This document shows, in pieces, positions 38,953 to 51,567 of a stretch of DNA of 64,000 nt. A program made the position numbers and the translations under genes. Source of the DNA: the human T2T-CHM13v2.0 reference genome, Homo sapiens; assembly GCF_009914755.1 (NCBI RefSeq), contig NC_060934.1. The stretch is one strand, 5' to 3'. A model generated the notes under the pieces. It searched no databases, was not told where the DNA came from, and saw only the letters and a program-made list of their open reading frames with translations. How positions within the stretch are numbered: the first letter of the stretch is position 1; every line of letters starts with the position of its first letter.

Positions 38953-41900
38953 GAAGACCTGGGAACTCTTTATAGGGAGAAAACCGTTAGCCCTCCACAC
39001 CTGGCTTTTCTGGCCTAGGGAAAAGACCCTGGTCCAGGCTTGAGGCTTGAGCTGTCCACCGACCGCCCCCCACCCCCACCCCTCCCCGCAAACTCCCCAC
39101 ACTCTCAGGCGGGCCTTCCTCCTCCCTTACAGAGAACAAAGAGCCTGTGCCACCAGATGCATTTGCTCAGGGCCTTCCAACCCAGACCTGGCTGCAGCAG
39201 AAACCAGGCCTAATCTTAGAGAACTTCATTTACTTCCCCGTGCTTCCCTGGCCTGACCTTGGCTGGGAGCTGACCGTAAAGCCCCCTTCCTTCCTCTAGA
39301 CTGTGCTTTCTTGCCAAGTCCCTGCCCAGCTTGTTCAACAAACAGTAAATCGCCAATTAAGAGGCCACTCCCACAGGAGCAGAGCTTGGCTGGTTTATGC
39401 TCCAAGGAGCTCACTTCCATTCTATCATCTCTGTAAAGGATGCATCCTCCCACCTGGAATCTTGGACCAGAACAGAGGACCTATCAATGCTGTGTGGTGC
39501 TCAGGTGCAGTGCCCAGCTGGGGAGTCTGAGTGGCAGCCTCAAAATCAGGGATGGGACAGGCCTTCAAGGTCATTCAAAGCAAACGCCTCTCTACCCACT
39601 TGTGCTCCCCTAGAGCCTTCTCAGCCACAATGACTACAATCCATCCCTTCCTGCATTGGTTCTTGGCACTGAGGTTAAAAAGCCAGCCTTGCAGAGGGGT
39701 GGCTGGATGTTGGCCCAGGAGTCACAGCTTCTGCCATCACACCATGCACGTGGCCAAGACCTTTTGTAAGGCTCAGAGCACCCACTTCCCCAGCCCAAGT
39801 AAGGCGGCTGAGAGCCCCCAGGGGAACTTCTGAGTCCCTTCTGGGGAGACAAGAGGGGGCAGAGATAGAGGAGGTGAATTGAGGCCTGTGGGCTTTGCTG
39901 GACTGAGTGAGCCAGGCCCTCCAAAAACCAAGACAGTGATGAGTGAGTGGATGGAAACTGAGCACAATTACTAATACACTTTTTAAATAGGAAAACCTAG
40001 GAGGGGAATTAGAAAAGAAGGAGCCCTTAGACAGGCTCACACAAAGACATGCCCCAAGGAACAGTCCTCTGAACAGAGGTGGGCCACTGTCCTCCTCGGG
40101 CAATAACCACGCCCTCCCCCTCCCCCGCCTCCTGCCTCCTGCACATGGGCCCCAGCCACAGCGACGACGCTGGAGTCCTTGATAATGACTCTCACCTCCC
40201 CATCATCCAGGAACCAATGTTTTTGGCTTTAGGAGAAGCCATTCCCCAGTTCAGAGGTCAGGCAGGGGCAGGTCCCTGGAGACAAGCCCCAGGGAGTGAG
40301 CCTAATGAGAGTGGAGTGAGCGGCAGAGCGAGGTCAGCTGGGGGAGGCCAGTGGGGGCGCCCCTGCTTCCTGCCAAGCAAGGGGGTGGGAGGGAGGGAGG
40401 CCCTGCCATGGGGATCAAGGAAGCCCGGGTCACTTGCGAAATTAAGAGAATTGACCCAGAGAGGAGGGAAGGGGCGAAGGTCAGCCACCCTAACAAGGAG
40501 GGCTGCCTCCCGAGGAGGCTCCTGGGGCTCTGATTTCCCCTGAGTACCTGATTGTGTCTTTACACACTCACATCAACAGGGGCTGAGGACAACCCCAATT
40601 AGCCTGGAGACTCTCACGCTCCGGGGTTTTGCTCTGCACAGTTTCTTCCAGGATTGGAGACAGAAGCCCAGAGACAAGCTTGAAGCAGACACCACCTCCT
40701 CCCTGCAGGAGCACCCCTCTGGGCAGGAGGAAGGGAGAGCAGGGACCCACTGAGACCCCTCCTAGAGCTGCATTTTTAACCAAAGCTAAGAGTCCCTCCC
40801 CACCCCACAGAGCCTTTTTCTGGAGCTGCCAACCAAGCCAAATGGCACCTCCCCAGCTTTGGCCTCTCTCCTTCCAAAGGGCTGTGCAGGGGAGCAGAGA
40901 AAGGGCTGGGGTGGGTGGGAAGAGACAGGAGCACCAGTGGATGGGAGGTATCTGATCTAACCGCACTTTGCAACCAAGAACCCTGGACCAGTGGGAGAAA
41001 GTGGCTTATCTGTGGTCACCTGCACTGCCAGCCCAGCTCCTCGAAATGGAGGTGGGAAGAAGAGGGCAGAGGCATTGAGGGAAAGCAAGAGAAAAGACAG
41101 AGAAAGTAGAAGAGAGGGATGACGGGGGCCTCTGAATAGTCAAGGACTCCCAAGCTGACCTCCCACCTGCACCCACACCAGAGGACTGTGGGGGCCTCTG
41201 TACTGAGTCAAACTGGTCTGGTCATTCAGAATGCTAGCAGGGGACCCTCCAAAGGAAAGAATGACAGGAGCCCTCAGCTGGTACTACTGAGAGGGCTTGG
41301 AGACCGCTGTGGCGGGAGTAGCCAGACTTCAGATGAGGTACTGTCACGCCCTCTGCTGGCCACAGAGCGGCTGTGCACACAGGCAGTGAGCTTTTCTGGG
41401 CATCCTGCGCTGAGCGGCCCCCACACTCTGACCCCTGCACCCCTATGATGGGCCACAGACCTAAGGACCCCCACCAAGCAAAGAGGGGCTCTGCTCCGCT
41501 TTCAGCCTGCAAAGGCTGTTTGGTGGAAGCAGACGGAACATCAGTCCATCTGATACTTGGGTTGGCCAAGAGAAATAAGTACCTTGGCATAACAGACAAC
41601 AGACTATCCAAAGCCCTAGGCTGCATGACCTTGGCAATCATACCTGTCCTCTGTGAGCCGCAGTTAGCTTACTTGTGAAGCAAGAATAACGTCCACTCCC
41701 ACATTGGAAGGGATTGTTGGAGATGGAAGAGAGGAAGGTTGTAAAGCTTTTCAGTCCAGTGCAGACACATGGCAGCTGCAGTAAGTGGCTGTGCCCTTCT
41801 CTCTCAGTCCCACAAGAAGGAAGTTAGTGTCTAGAGCAAGCCTTGGGCTCTAGATTTTCAGCCATGGTAACTTCCTGAATTTAGCTCTGCCATCCCACCT

Positions 41901-43807
41901 ATGGTTCAGGGGTCACTGGTGGGGTCATGCTGAGAGAGGGCTCTGGCATTGGGAACTAAAGATTCTAGGCCTTCTGTAGAATTTAGAGACTTGGCCCAAA
42001 GAGGATAAAAGTGAAGCCATCTCAGGCAGACATAAATTTGTGTGTGCCGATTACAAACGCTAAGTGGTCCCTGTCGCATTGAGGATGCAGCGCTGAGTTA
42101 TAGGGGATAGCAAAAAGCTTCATAGAAGAGATAAAAGGGCCCCACTCCCATCAAACAGCCTCTGCAGGCTGAAAACAGGGCAGAGCCCCTCTCTACTCAG
42201 AGGCCCTCAGGTCTGTGGTCCATAGGGGTGCAGGAGTCAGTGTGCGAGGGCAGCTCAGCCCAGGGCACCAGACAAGAACTGGGTGCTCTATCAACCAAGA
42301 CTCCAAATGATGAATAGGGTTTTAAGTTGAAATGGAAGAAAGACAGACCGTGGAAATGGGTAGTGTTTTCAGGGACACAGAAACTAGCAGGACACAGAAA
42401 CTAGTGATATCATGACATGATATCAGGTGATGAGGCTAGGAAGGAAGCAGGGGTCAGAACGTCATGCTCAGGAACCTGGTCCTTTTCCTACTGTCAACAG
42501 CAGGCCAAGGATGTTTTAAGGCAGGGGTCTCGCTATCCAGCCTGTGTGTTAAGAAGCTTAACTGGACACTTGCATGGAAGACCCATCACGGAGGAAGAGG
42601 GTGGAAGTCCTCTAGCCTTGGTAAGGAGAAGGATGGACCAGGACCTCCTGTAAGATGGCAGGAAAGGGAGAGTGTGGACAGCTGAGAAGGAAGCCAGAGA
42701 ACACCAGATCCCCTCTGCCTTTAAGCCTATGGGAACTGCAGCCTGGCCTGGCAGCCACAGCAGTCACACCCAATGGGGCAGCTGGGCCGGGAGCAGGATT
42801 GTCACACTCTGTGTTGCCCATCCACAGCGCTGGCCTTCAGATGGAGGAAGTGGCAGCAGGCTGGCTGCAGTCACCTGTTGCTGGACACCATCCCGGGCCC
42901 CAGCTGGGGCTTCGTGCTCAGGCACTGCATAGGATTCAACTCCCAGAGCCAGGAGCTGCCCTCCCCACTCCCCTGATGTAGCCGATGATAGTCCTGACTC
43001 ACCTGCTCTTGGCCTCCCACTTGTCCCTGGCTGTCATCTCCAACTCCACCTCCTTGTGGTGTGTCCTTCTTCCTGATCTCACCTTACTGTCATAGACTTG
43101 GCATTTTTCTGGAGAAGTAAAGATGTTGAACATAAAGATAGGGCAGTGCCACGATGGTAGAGCGACCCCATGCTGTCCCAGAGGAGCAACAATGGACAGG
43201 TGACCCTACCTGTGCCTCTGGACAAGTAGGGTCAGAAATGGGGTGCAGATAAATGGGCAGGGACACATGCCCTTGGGGAGAGTTAGACCCAGAGGACTTG
43301 GAAGGGAAAGGAACCCCAGATGAAAAGAGAAGAGAGCTCCTGTCTGGCTCAGCCAGAAGGTATCATCCTAGCAAAGCTGCTGGAGTGAAAATGAGGCAAG
43401 AAGTCCCAGGCAGGGACCAGAGGGAAGGTGTGCAGTAGGTAAGCAGCCAATGGGTGGCTCCTGCCCCTGGTCCCGTCCCACAGCCCAAGTTCCAGGTACA
43501 GCTCAACCACAGGGTGGTAGGTAGATCTTGGGCCAGTCACTTCTCTTGCTGAACTTGCATTCCACTAGGTAAGCCTCTCTGTCTGGGGGCCTTTCCTGCT
43601 CTGTGACCTGTAATTGGGGCCCTCCTGCAAGTTCACATAGCTGAGGACAGGGGCCCACACAGCTGCCACCAGGGCAGGGTCCTCAGAGCTCAACATGAAC
43701 CGGACAGCCATCCCAGCCTCCAGACAAGACATTCTCACCGACATCCTTGCAGGCTGACAGGCCCCGAGTCTGGTCCTCTCCTCATGCTTTCTCATTTCTT
43801 CCTCCAG

Positions 43808-43852
43808 GGAGAACGGGGCATGCCAGGGATGCCAGGCAAGCATGGAGCCAAG
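43808..43852 (+). CDS. COL13A1: Exon, 45 nt, GERGMPGMPGKHGAK
   Basis: cctccag|GGAGAA...GCCAAG|gtacct. Confidence 0.96.
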
Positions 43853-44803
43853 GTACCTCCCCCTTCCCCACATCCCAGGCAGCCCCAAGGCCCCTCCCCC
43901 AGTGCCCATCCCTCTCTCCTCAGCTCTGGGGACACTCTGGAGTCCCAGCTCTTTGGGCCTCCTTCTGCCTGCCCTGGTTCTCCCAGCTGCAGCATTGTGG
44001 TCTCTCATCAGTGCCCCCTGATGCGGGCGGCCTCCTCCTGGGCATCCCTGGGTCATAAAAAGCCATCTCAGGTACCACTAGCTCCACTGCAGTCCTAAGA
44101 CCCAAGTGGAGAGTAGGGGCCCCCAAAAATCACCTCCACTTGAGATTTGCTAAGGGGCACTTTGGGCATCATCTATCTCTCAAAGTGAAATGATATCAGG
44201 TGATGTGAAAACAGGGTTTTCATATCAGCTTTCACAAAGCTGATATGAAAACAGGGTTCACTCCAGCCACTCCCCAGTCCATGAGGGCAGAGGTGCACAG
44301 AGCTGACTGTGAGGGTAATGCCAACCAAACACTGGGGGCGACTGTCCCTGGTGAAATCAGCCCCTTTACTTTGTCATCTATTCTGCACCCCTCTCCCGTG
44401 GCTTTCCATTCTCCTGCCGTCTCCCTTCCCATCTCCTCCTCCTCCTCCTCCTTTCATATTCCAACGAAGCTCCCCCTTCCACCCCAGGGACCCCCTCCCA
44501 GCCCCATCTAGTGCCCCACAGTCCCCACTGTGCCTCCCAGGAGAGGCCAGGAGCCATGCAGGTGGTTGGGAAGCCCAGGGAGCCCCGCAGACTGAGCTAC
44601 ACAAAGCCCCTTCCTCAGGGTCCATTCTCGTGGCGTCAGCTCAGCGCCCCCACCTCCCAGGTGGGGTTGGTGGTTGCGGGGTTGGGAGGAGTGAGCGGTC
44701 CTCCTTCTCATCACACCATGGGGAGGCTGTCCACTGCCCCCCGCCCCCTGCTGCCCCCTCGCTGCAGAATGTCTTCAGACCTTTTTTTTTCTCTCTCTGC
44801 CAG

Positions 44804-44836
44804 GGGGCGCCCGGAATTGCCGTGGCTGGGATGAAG
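44804..44836 (+). CDS. COL13A1: Exon, 33 nt, GAPGIAVAGMK (helix imperfection)
   Basis: ctctgccag|GGGGCG...ATGAAG|gtcagt. Confidence 0.96.
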
Positions 44837-45580
44837 GTCAGTGGACTGTTGTAACCAACACATCAGGGACAGGGTGGGAGAGAAGAGAGCGGGCAGAGCT
44901 GGAAATCTTAGACTCAGTGGGGTGGCTGCCAGACCAATGAGGGGGCATACAGGATTTGGAAACATTTTTCTCAAAGTAACATTTGTGCCAGGTGCATAAC
45001 CTTGAGCCACAGATGTGTAACTAAGCCTTGCAAGTAAGTAGCAATGGTTTCCTGCCTCAACTCACTAGCCTGCCAATGCACCAAGGCAGCAGGAAGGCAG
45101 CCCAGATCTTTCCTTTATGCTCTGTAATTGGGCAGCTATATGCTTCCAAAGCTTCAGAGAGAGCAGGAGTTCATCTCCAGAACCCCCACCCTAACTGCCC
45201 ATTTGGTTGGCAGGCAGATGTGAGGACAGCCTGGAAAAACAAGTGCTCAAATTCTATCTTCACAGCAGGTGCACTTACAGGGGGCACCATGTCCAAACCA
45301 AATGTCCATTCCTTCCTCTCTTTCCTCCTGGGCTGCCTCACTTATGCTCCCACCTGCCACACCCCTCACCTGGGGAAGAATAGGACCCTCTAAGGGTCAG
45401 TAGCCTGATAGGCCTCCTTTGGCCTGGGACCTGATGCCTGAACAGAGAAGAGCCGGGGCTGGCCAGATGTTTCACTAACCCCACCCTGACTGCCCCCAAC
45501 CCCACCTCCACCAACAGGTGCCTTGCTCATTTGTTTCTGCTTTTTCTGTCTCTCACATTTGTTTCTCTTTTTCCACACAG

Positions 45581-45607
45581 GGTGAGCCAGGGATCCCAGG
45601 AACCAAG
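45581..45607 (+). CDS. COL13A1: Exon, 27 nt, GEPGIPGTK
   Basis: ccacacag|GGTGAG...ACCAAG|gtactg. Confidence 0.96.
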
Positions 45608-45904
45608 GTACTGATGCAGAGAGAATGTTCCGGGCTGCACAGAGCATCGGTCATGGGCAGAGGTGGGAGGGGCTGCTGCTGTTTTGCTCTTGGTCCCCCT
45701 GAGGCTGGCCTGGGACTGGGGACCTGGCTAAGCAGAGAAGGGCCCACTGGTCAGGAGCACACTGCAAATGCCTCCCCCTCCCTGGGTCCTGGCCTGCAGG
45801 CATGCCAGCTGCAGCAGGCAGTGACTATTGTCCCCTGCACCCACAGGGTTCTCTTTCCCTCTTGTGTGACAATAAGAGGTGTGACAATAAGATATGTGAC
45901 AAGA

Positions 45905-46106
45905 AAAAAAGTTTGAGAAATGCTAGGTTAGAAATATTACACAGGTTTCTTTGCTGCAGACCTTCTCAGAACCTTTAATTTGCTAAATGTGCATTGAGGA
46001 GCTCTCAAAAGGAAATATCTTATGTGGCATTTTCAAAACGTTTTTGACCAGAACACCCTTTTTTAAAGAGGAAAAGCTTAAGGGACAAGTATTCTGGAAA
46101 TGCTGG
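45905..46106 (-). mobile_element. MER103C-like DNA transposon
   Basis: caggtttctttgctgcagaccttctcagaacctttaatttgctaaatgtgcattg resembles the recalled consensus. Confidence 0.65.
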
Positions 46107-46183
46107 TCAATGATCACTGCCCATCCTACCCCTCACTGCCTGCCCCATCTTCTTATCAGTGACTTTCTCTTCTTACCCCAAAG

Positions 46184-46246
46184 GGAGACCCAGGAGCAGA
46201 AGGGAAGCCGGGGCCCCCAGGTTTGCTGGGAAAGAGGGGGCAGAGG
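46184..46246 (+). CDS. COL13A1: Alternative exon, 63 nt, GDPGAEGKPGPPGLLGKRGQR
   Basis: ttcttaccccaaag|GGAGAC...CAGAGG|gtagga; seven uninterrupted Gly-X-Y triplets, phase 0; not in the canonical protein as I recall it. Confidence 0.85.
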
Positions 46247-46934
46247 GTAGGATATCGTGTATTTGAGTGTGTGCCCCTTCATCCTAGCCTCACCATTCCC
46301 CTACTCTCTGGCCTTCCTCCATGGCTGGTGTGTCGCCTGCAGCGTGCTGTTGGTGCATGTGTTCCGAGATGAGGGGAGTGGCAGGACGGCCTGGCCAAGC
46401 TTCAGAAACCCACACTCAAGAGCACACCCACTCTCCTGGGCAGCCTTGATTACCCAGCAGAAAGCCTAGCAGAAGGAGGAACTTGCCTCCTTCCACCTCT
46501 GCTCCCCAAGGATCCACATCCTTTCCTTCTCCACATGGCCTGCTTCCGAAGGATACCCAAACTAAGCACATCTGCAGGAGCAGCCCAGGCAGGACAGGGC
46601 AGCAGGGGCTCCCTCCCACTGCCAGGGCCTCTGCCTGGCCCTCCACAACCCCTCTTGGCCAGCCTCAGGCTACTTTACCGTTCAGCTGCTACCCTGGGGC
46701 AGGTGCCAAGGAGACGACACCAAAAGACTTGGTGTGGCACCTTCTGTGGCTCCCACTGGAATGAATGTTCATTGAGACATCTGACCAAATTATAAGCCCA
46801 GAGCCCTCAGCTCACATTATTACACATGAGAACTGCCTCTCCCCAGGGCCATGGGTAGCAAAGCTTCTTGTGCTGACCTGATACCCCAGCCCTGCTGGTG
46901 GGGTGCTCTTGGACACTCACCTGATATTGGACAC

Positions 46935-47312
46935 TGCTGTGCACTGAATATGTCCATCCCAGACCCATATGTTGAAGCCCTCACCTCCAGTGTGGCTGTA
47001 TTTAGATAGGGCCTTGGGGAGGTCATTAAGGTTAAATGAGACCATAAGGTCGAGGCCCTAATCCAATAGGATTGGTGGCCCTAGAAGAAGGGGAAGAAAG
47101 AGAGAGACCTTTGAGAGACCGTTCTCCCTCTCTGCCTTGTGAGAACACGGCAAGAAAGCTGTCATATTCAAGGCAGGAAGAGGGCTCTCACCAGAACCTG
47201 GCCATACTGGCACCCTGATCTCAGACTTCCAGCATCCAGAACTGTAAGAAAATACATTTCTGCTGTCAAAGCCACCCAGACTTTGTTATGGCCGCCTGAG
47301 CTGACCAATACA
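46935..47312 (+). mobile_element. MLT1A-type LTR
   Basis: tgctgtgcactgaatatgt...ggcaccctgatctcagacttccagcatccagaactgt...ctgaccaataca. Confidence 0.85.
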
Positions 47313-47531
47313 GCTGCTCTGTGAAAAGAAGGCAGAGCATCAGGGAGACGGGCTCGACCTGCCTCTGCCACTGACTCAGTAAGGGGTTGGCCACCAGTCA
47401 CGTAACCTCTTGGGGCTTCCCTCACCAAATCTGTGAAATGAGAATGGGGTTCAGCATCTCTAAGGGGCTCTTTGATTCATGTCATGGGGGAAAAAGAGTT
47501 CTTCCGTAGTGGAAGAAGCTGGGTAGGGAAG

Positions 47532-47926
47532 TGTATTATTTTGCTAGGGCTGTGGTAACAAAGTACTACAGGCTGGGTGGCTTGAGCAGAAGAAATTCAT
47601 TGTCCCACAGTTCTGGAAGCTGGAAGTCCAAAAGCAAGGTGTTAGCAGGGCGGGCTCCATCTGAGGGCCAAGGGGGAGAATCTGCTCCAAGCCTCTCTCC
47701 CGGCTTCTGGTGCTTGCTGGCAATCTTTGGCATTCCTTGGCTTATAGACGTATCACCCCAATCTCTGCCTCCATCTCCATATGGCATTTCCCTGTGTGCA
47801 TGTCTGTGCCCAAATTTCTCCCTTTTATAAAAAGGACATCAGCACATTGGATAGGGGCTCACCCTACTCCCATGGGACTTCATCCTAACTCATTACATTT
47901 GCAATGACCCTATGTCCAAATAAGGT
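47532..47926 (-). mobile_element. MLT1C-type LTR (partial)
   Basis: tgtattattttgctagggctg...cagttctggaagctggaagtcc...gcaatctttggcattccttggctt. Confidence 0.85.
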
Positions 47927-48400
47927 GAGCTGGTTATAGCTAGAGGCGGAGAAGGGGGTGCCAGAAAAGACTGGGAGCCCTTAGTTGCTAAGCATTAAGA
48001 ATCTGAAGAACAGAGTGGTCAAAAGGAATTGCTTGCCCAACCACTGGCGTTCTGAACTGCTCACCTCTCCCAGGAGACCGCCAGGATGGACTAGATGCTT
48101 CTGGCCTTTGTTATGATCTGTGGCCAGTGTGACTTCTCCCCAGCATGAATGACAAGGGCCCGGGCCACATGGGAATAAGGAAAGCAGTCATGCAGGTGTC
48201 ACCAACGCGAAGTGACCCATGGAAGTAGCCAGTCAGGATGGGGGCCGGGAGGAAGTGGAGCCCTTCAGAAAGCCAGCTGGGGGCAGGGGCACCGAGGCAG
48301 GAGCAAGGGAAGGCAAGGCCCTAAGCTGTGGAGCTGGTGGCTTCCCAAACCTGCTGCAGAAACAGTTCCTAACCCCCACACTGTCTGCATCTCCCTGCAG

Positions 48401-48454
48401 GGTGAGAAGGGGGCTGAAGGCTCCCCTGGGCTTCCTGGCCTCCTGGGGCAGAAG
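48401..48454 (+). CDS. COL13A1: Exon, 54 nt, GEKGAEGSPGLPGLLGQK
   Basis: ccctgcag|GGTGAG...CAGAAG|gtaggt. Confidence 0.97.
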
Positions 48455-48709
48455 GTAGGTGTTGCTCTGAATGGAGGGTTCAAGTCCTTCGTCACCCACA
48501 TCCCATACCTGGCCCTGCACATCCACACAGGCCCCAGCATTGGACGTGTCTGTCTCCCAGACTGCAGGAAAGGCAGCTGGAACACAGCCAGATTCTGTTT
48601 GTCGAGGGAGAGGTGCCATAGGCAGGCCCTGATTGGCAAAAATAAAATGCCGAAATGTAAAGAATTCGGTAGTGATGACCTGGTCAGATTTCTTGGTACC
48701 AGCTCTGCA

Positions 48710-49000
48710 AATGCATCCCACAGTTCATGAACTCTGTAAGATATTTAATTTAAAAATTAAAAAAAAAAAGATGAGGCCAAAATAAGGGGAGACATGCATA
48801 ATAAGATGGGACCCTTGGAAAGTCACAGTGCTCCTCAGCCTGTTAGAGGCCTGAGCACCCTGCAGTGATGGGGTCTGCAAAGCTTATTTAATGTTTCATT
48901 TCTTACATAGTTTGGCCACCAATAATAATGTTATTCCACATTTTGAATATTCTCAACCCACTGAACAGTGTTCCGTGGAATACACTTTGAGAAACACGGC
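48710..49000 (+). mobile_element. MER103C-like DNA transposon
   Basis: Ends agtgttccgtggaatacactttgagaaacac; highly diverged. Confidence 0.55.
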
Positions 49001-49181
49001 TCCAGACCCAGTTTTGAAGGATCCCTTGTGTCAGCTCTAAACCTGCTGCCCTTCAGTAAACACTTCCAATCTCTCTTCAAATCCCACAGCTGGATCAGAT
49101 AAATCTGGGATTCTGAAGGCCCCTGGTCCCCAGACATCCTGGGGCCCACACCCCATAGTGTCCCTCCAGTGCTCAGCCTAG

Positions 49182-49496
<315 letters not shown>

Positions 49497-49570
49497 TAAC
49501 AGTTTGACCTTTCAGAGGAGATGTCTTCCCTGGGGCAGATGGATGGTCCCAGTGATTCAGATGACTCTGA

Positions 49571-49700
49571 TGTAACTGAGTCAGGGCGCAATGGCTGCAG
49601 GACCTTCATGGCTATGCTGTAACTGAGTCAAGGATTGATGGCTGCAGGACCTTGATGGCCATGCTGTAACTGAGCAAGGGACCAATGGCTTCAGGGCCTT
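49571..49700. repeat. 47-bp tandem repeat, about 2.7 copies
   Basis: tgtaactgagtca...atggctgcaggacctt recurs at 49571, 49618 and 49665. Confidence 0.92.
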
Positions 49701-50320
49701 AGGACAGGCAAGAGGCCCCCCACCTTGGCTCTGAGTAGGTTGCAGGTCAACTATCAGCTGGCCCCACCTGGTACCAGCACATCTGGTAGGTGGCAGCAGT
49801 GGAGGCAGCTGCAAATGGAAACTGCCCTCACTTTCCTTTTGCTGCTTGAAAAGTGCAATGGTAAGATTTGGGTTCCCCAAAGCAGATGGCTCCTATGTTG
49901 CTTGGTTTACTTTAGCAGCACTGAGAAATGAAGGGGGTCTGTTTCTTAGCTCAGAAGGAAAGCATGAATTACTCTACATCATCTGGGGCAATACACTCAT
50001 TCATTCCGCCCATATCCACCTGCCATGGGCTGGGCTCTGTGTGGGCCTAGGAGGGCCTGGCAGGGCAGAGTGGACACCAGTAAAGGGTACAGAATGCAGG
50101 GAAGGAAAGCAGGAGTGGGCTTCCAGAGGAAGCAAGACCCAGGCTGGGCCCAAGCATGGGTAGGAGTCAGGGAGGTGGAAGAGTGGGAGGTGCAGAAGCC
50201 ATCAGGGAAAGAGAAGTCCAAGGCAACATCTAGGCATGAGCGGCAAGACCATCTTTTCCCTCATAAGCAGCTGTCCAGGTGCCCAGCATGCCCTCATCCC
50301 AACTCTCTCCTCTTCCCCAG

Positions 50321-50374
50321 GGAGAAGCAGGTGTCGATGGCCAGGTTGGCCCCCCAGGGCAGCCAGGAGACAAG
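50321..50374 (+). CDS. COL13A1: Exon, 54 nt, [18 protein letters not shown]
   Basis: cttccccag|GGAGAA...GACAAG|gtacag. Confidence 0.97.
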
Positions 50375-51481
50375 GTACAGAGACCCCCACATCCCAGAGC
50401 TGCAAGATGAGGGTCAGCTTGGGAGGTCAAGAATCATCCCGGCCGACCCTAGGGGTATCCCTCAGGGCACAAGGCTGACCGGCCATGACCACTGGCTTCC
50501 CTAATTCCTGGTTGGCTTGGGCTTTAGAGAGCCATGCACTGAGACAGCAGTCATGCAAAAGCCAGTCTAGGGATGGGACATTTGACCAGGGAGTGACACA
50601 GAGCTTCCCGAGCCATTGGTAAACGAGGGGCTCTTGCTTCTCTCCAGCTACTCCCTGTGAAAGGCTGCTGTGTCCCTCATGAGTTCACAGTGGCTAAAGT
50701 GTTGTGGCAGTGGAGGAGAAAGAGAGTGGGTTACCTGGAGGCAGCAGTGGCTCCACGTCCCGTGAGCAGGTTCATCAGGAGTCACACCAAAGTGTTCCTG
50801 TTTCCTTTATTTTTACTTTCTATCTTGATTTTTTTCAATTGTCTTTATCCCAGAAAAATTGAAACTGCGCTTGGTTTTTCACAAGTTACACTGCTTTTTC
50901 ATTTATTCTCCATGGCTCTGTCCTGTTTGCAACAGGAACAAATCCTTCCACCCGCCCACTCTGGGAGGTGGGTGCTCATACACCCATGTCCTCCTGAGAC
51001 CCTCCTGGCCCTCCACATTTCACTCGGCATTCTGGGTCTTTCACAAGTAGAGTAGGCAGCAAAAGAACTGTGTGGGCTCTCGATGGCAACTGACACCCAG
51101 ACAATTGGCAAAAAGCTGCTGAGTCCTGGATACCTGAGCAGGATGGAATTAAAGAGAAGCAAACGTCCCTGCTCCAATGGAGGCAACTGACTTAGGGGAC
51201 TGGGGAAAAGGTGTGAGAGAGACAAAGGGGAGTCCCTAACAATGAACACAGAACAGAAAGAACGCCACCGAGTCTGAAGTGGGAGGCAGCCCAGAGGGAC
51301 TCAGAGGGACAGGAGTGTGGGTGGGTGTTCCCTGGATGTTTCCTGAAGGGGTGGAACCTGCACTTCTATGGACTAAGAGCTAAGATGAGCCTCCTGGCCC
51401 TTATCACATGGCCCATCTAGGGACATCAGGCTCTCTGTACCAACTTTATCCCCACTTTGCTCCAATTTTGTCATGCAACAG

Positions 51482-51526
51482 GGGGAGCGTGGAGCAGCTG
51501 GAGAACAGGGACCAGATGGCCCCAAG
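51482..51526 (+). CDS. COL13A1: Exon, 45 nt, GERGAAGEQGPDGPK
   Basis: gcaacag|GGGGAG...CCCAAG|gtatgt. Confidence 0.96.
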
Positions 51527-51567
51527 GTATGTGCCTCTCCCTCCTGGAGTCACAGCGTGAAGCGGCT

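Noticed and set aside
45905-49000. Inverted MER103C-like pair flanking the 63-nt and 54-nt exons as a pairing element
   Set aside because: Copies are too diverged for me to find a convincing continuous helix
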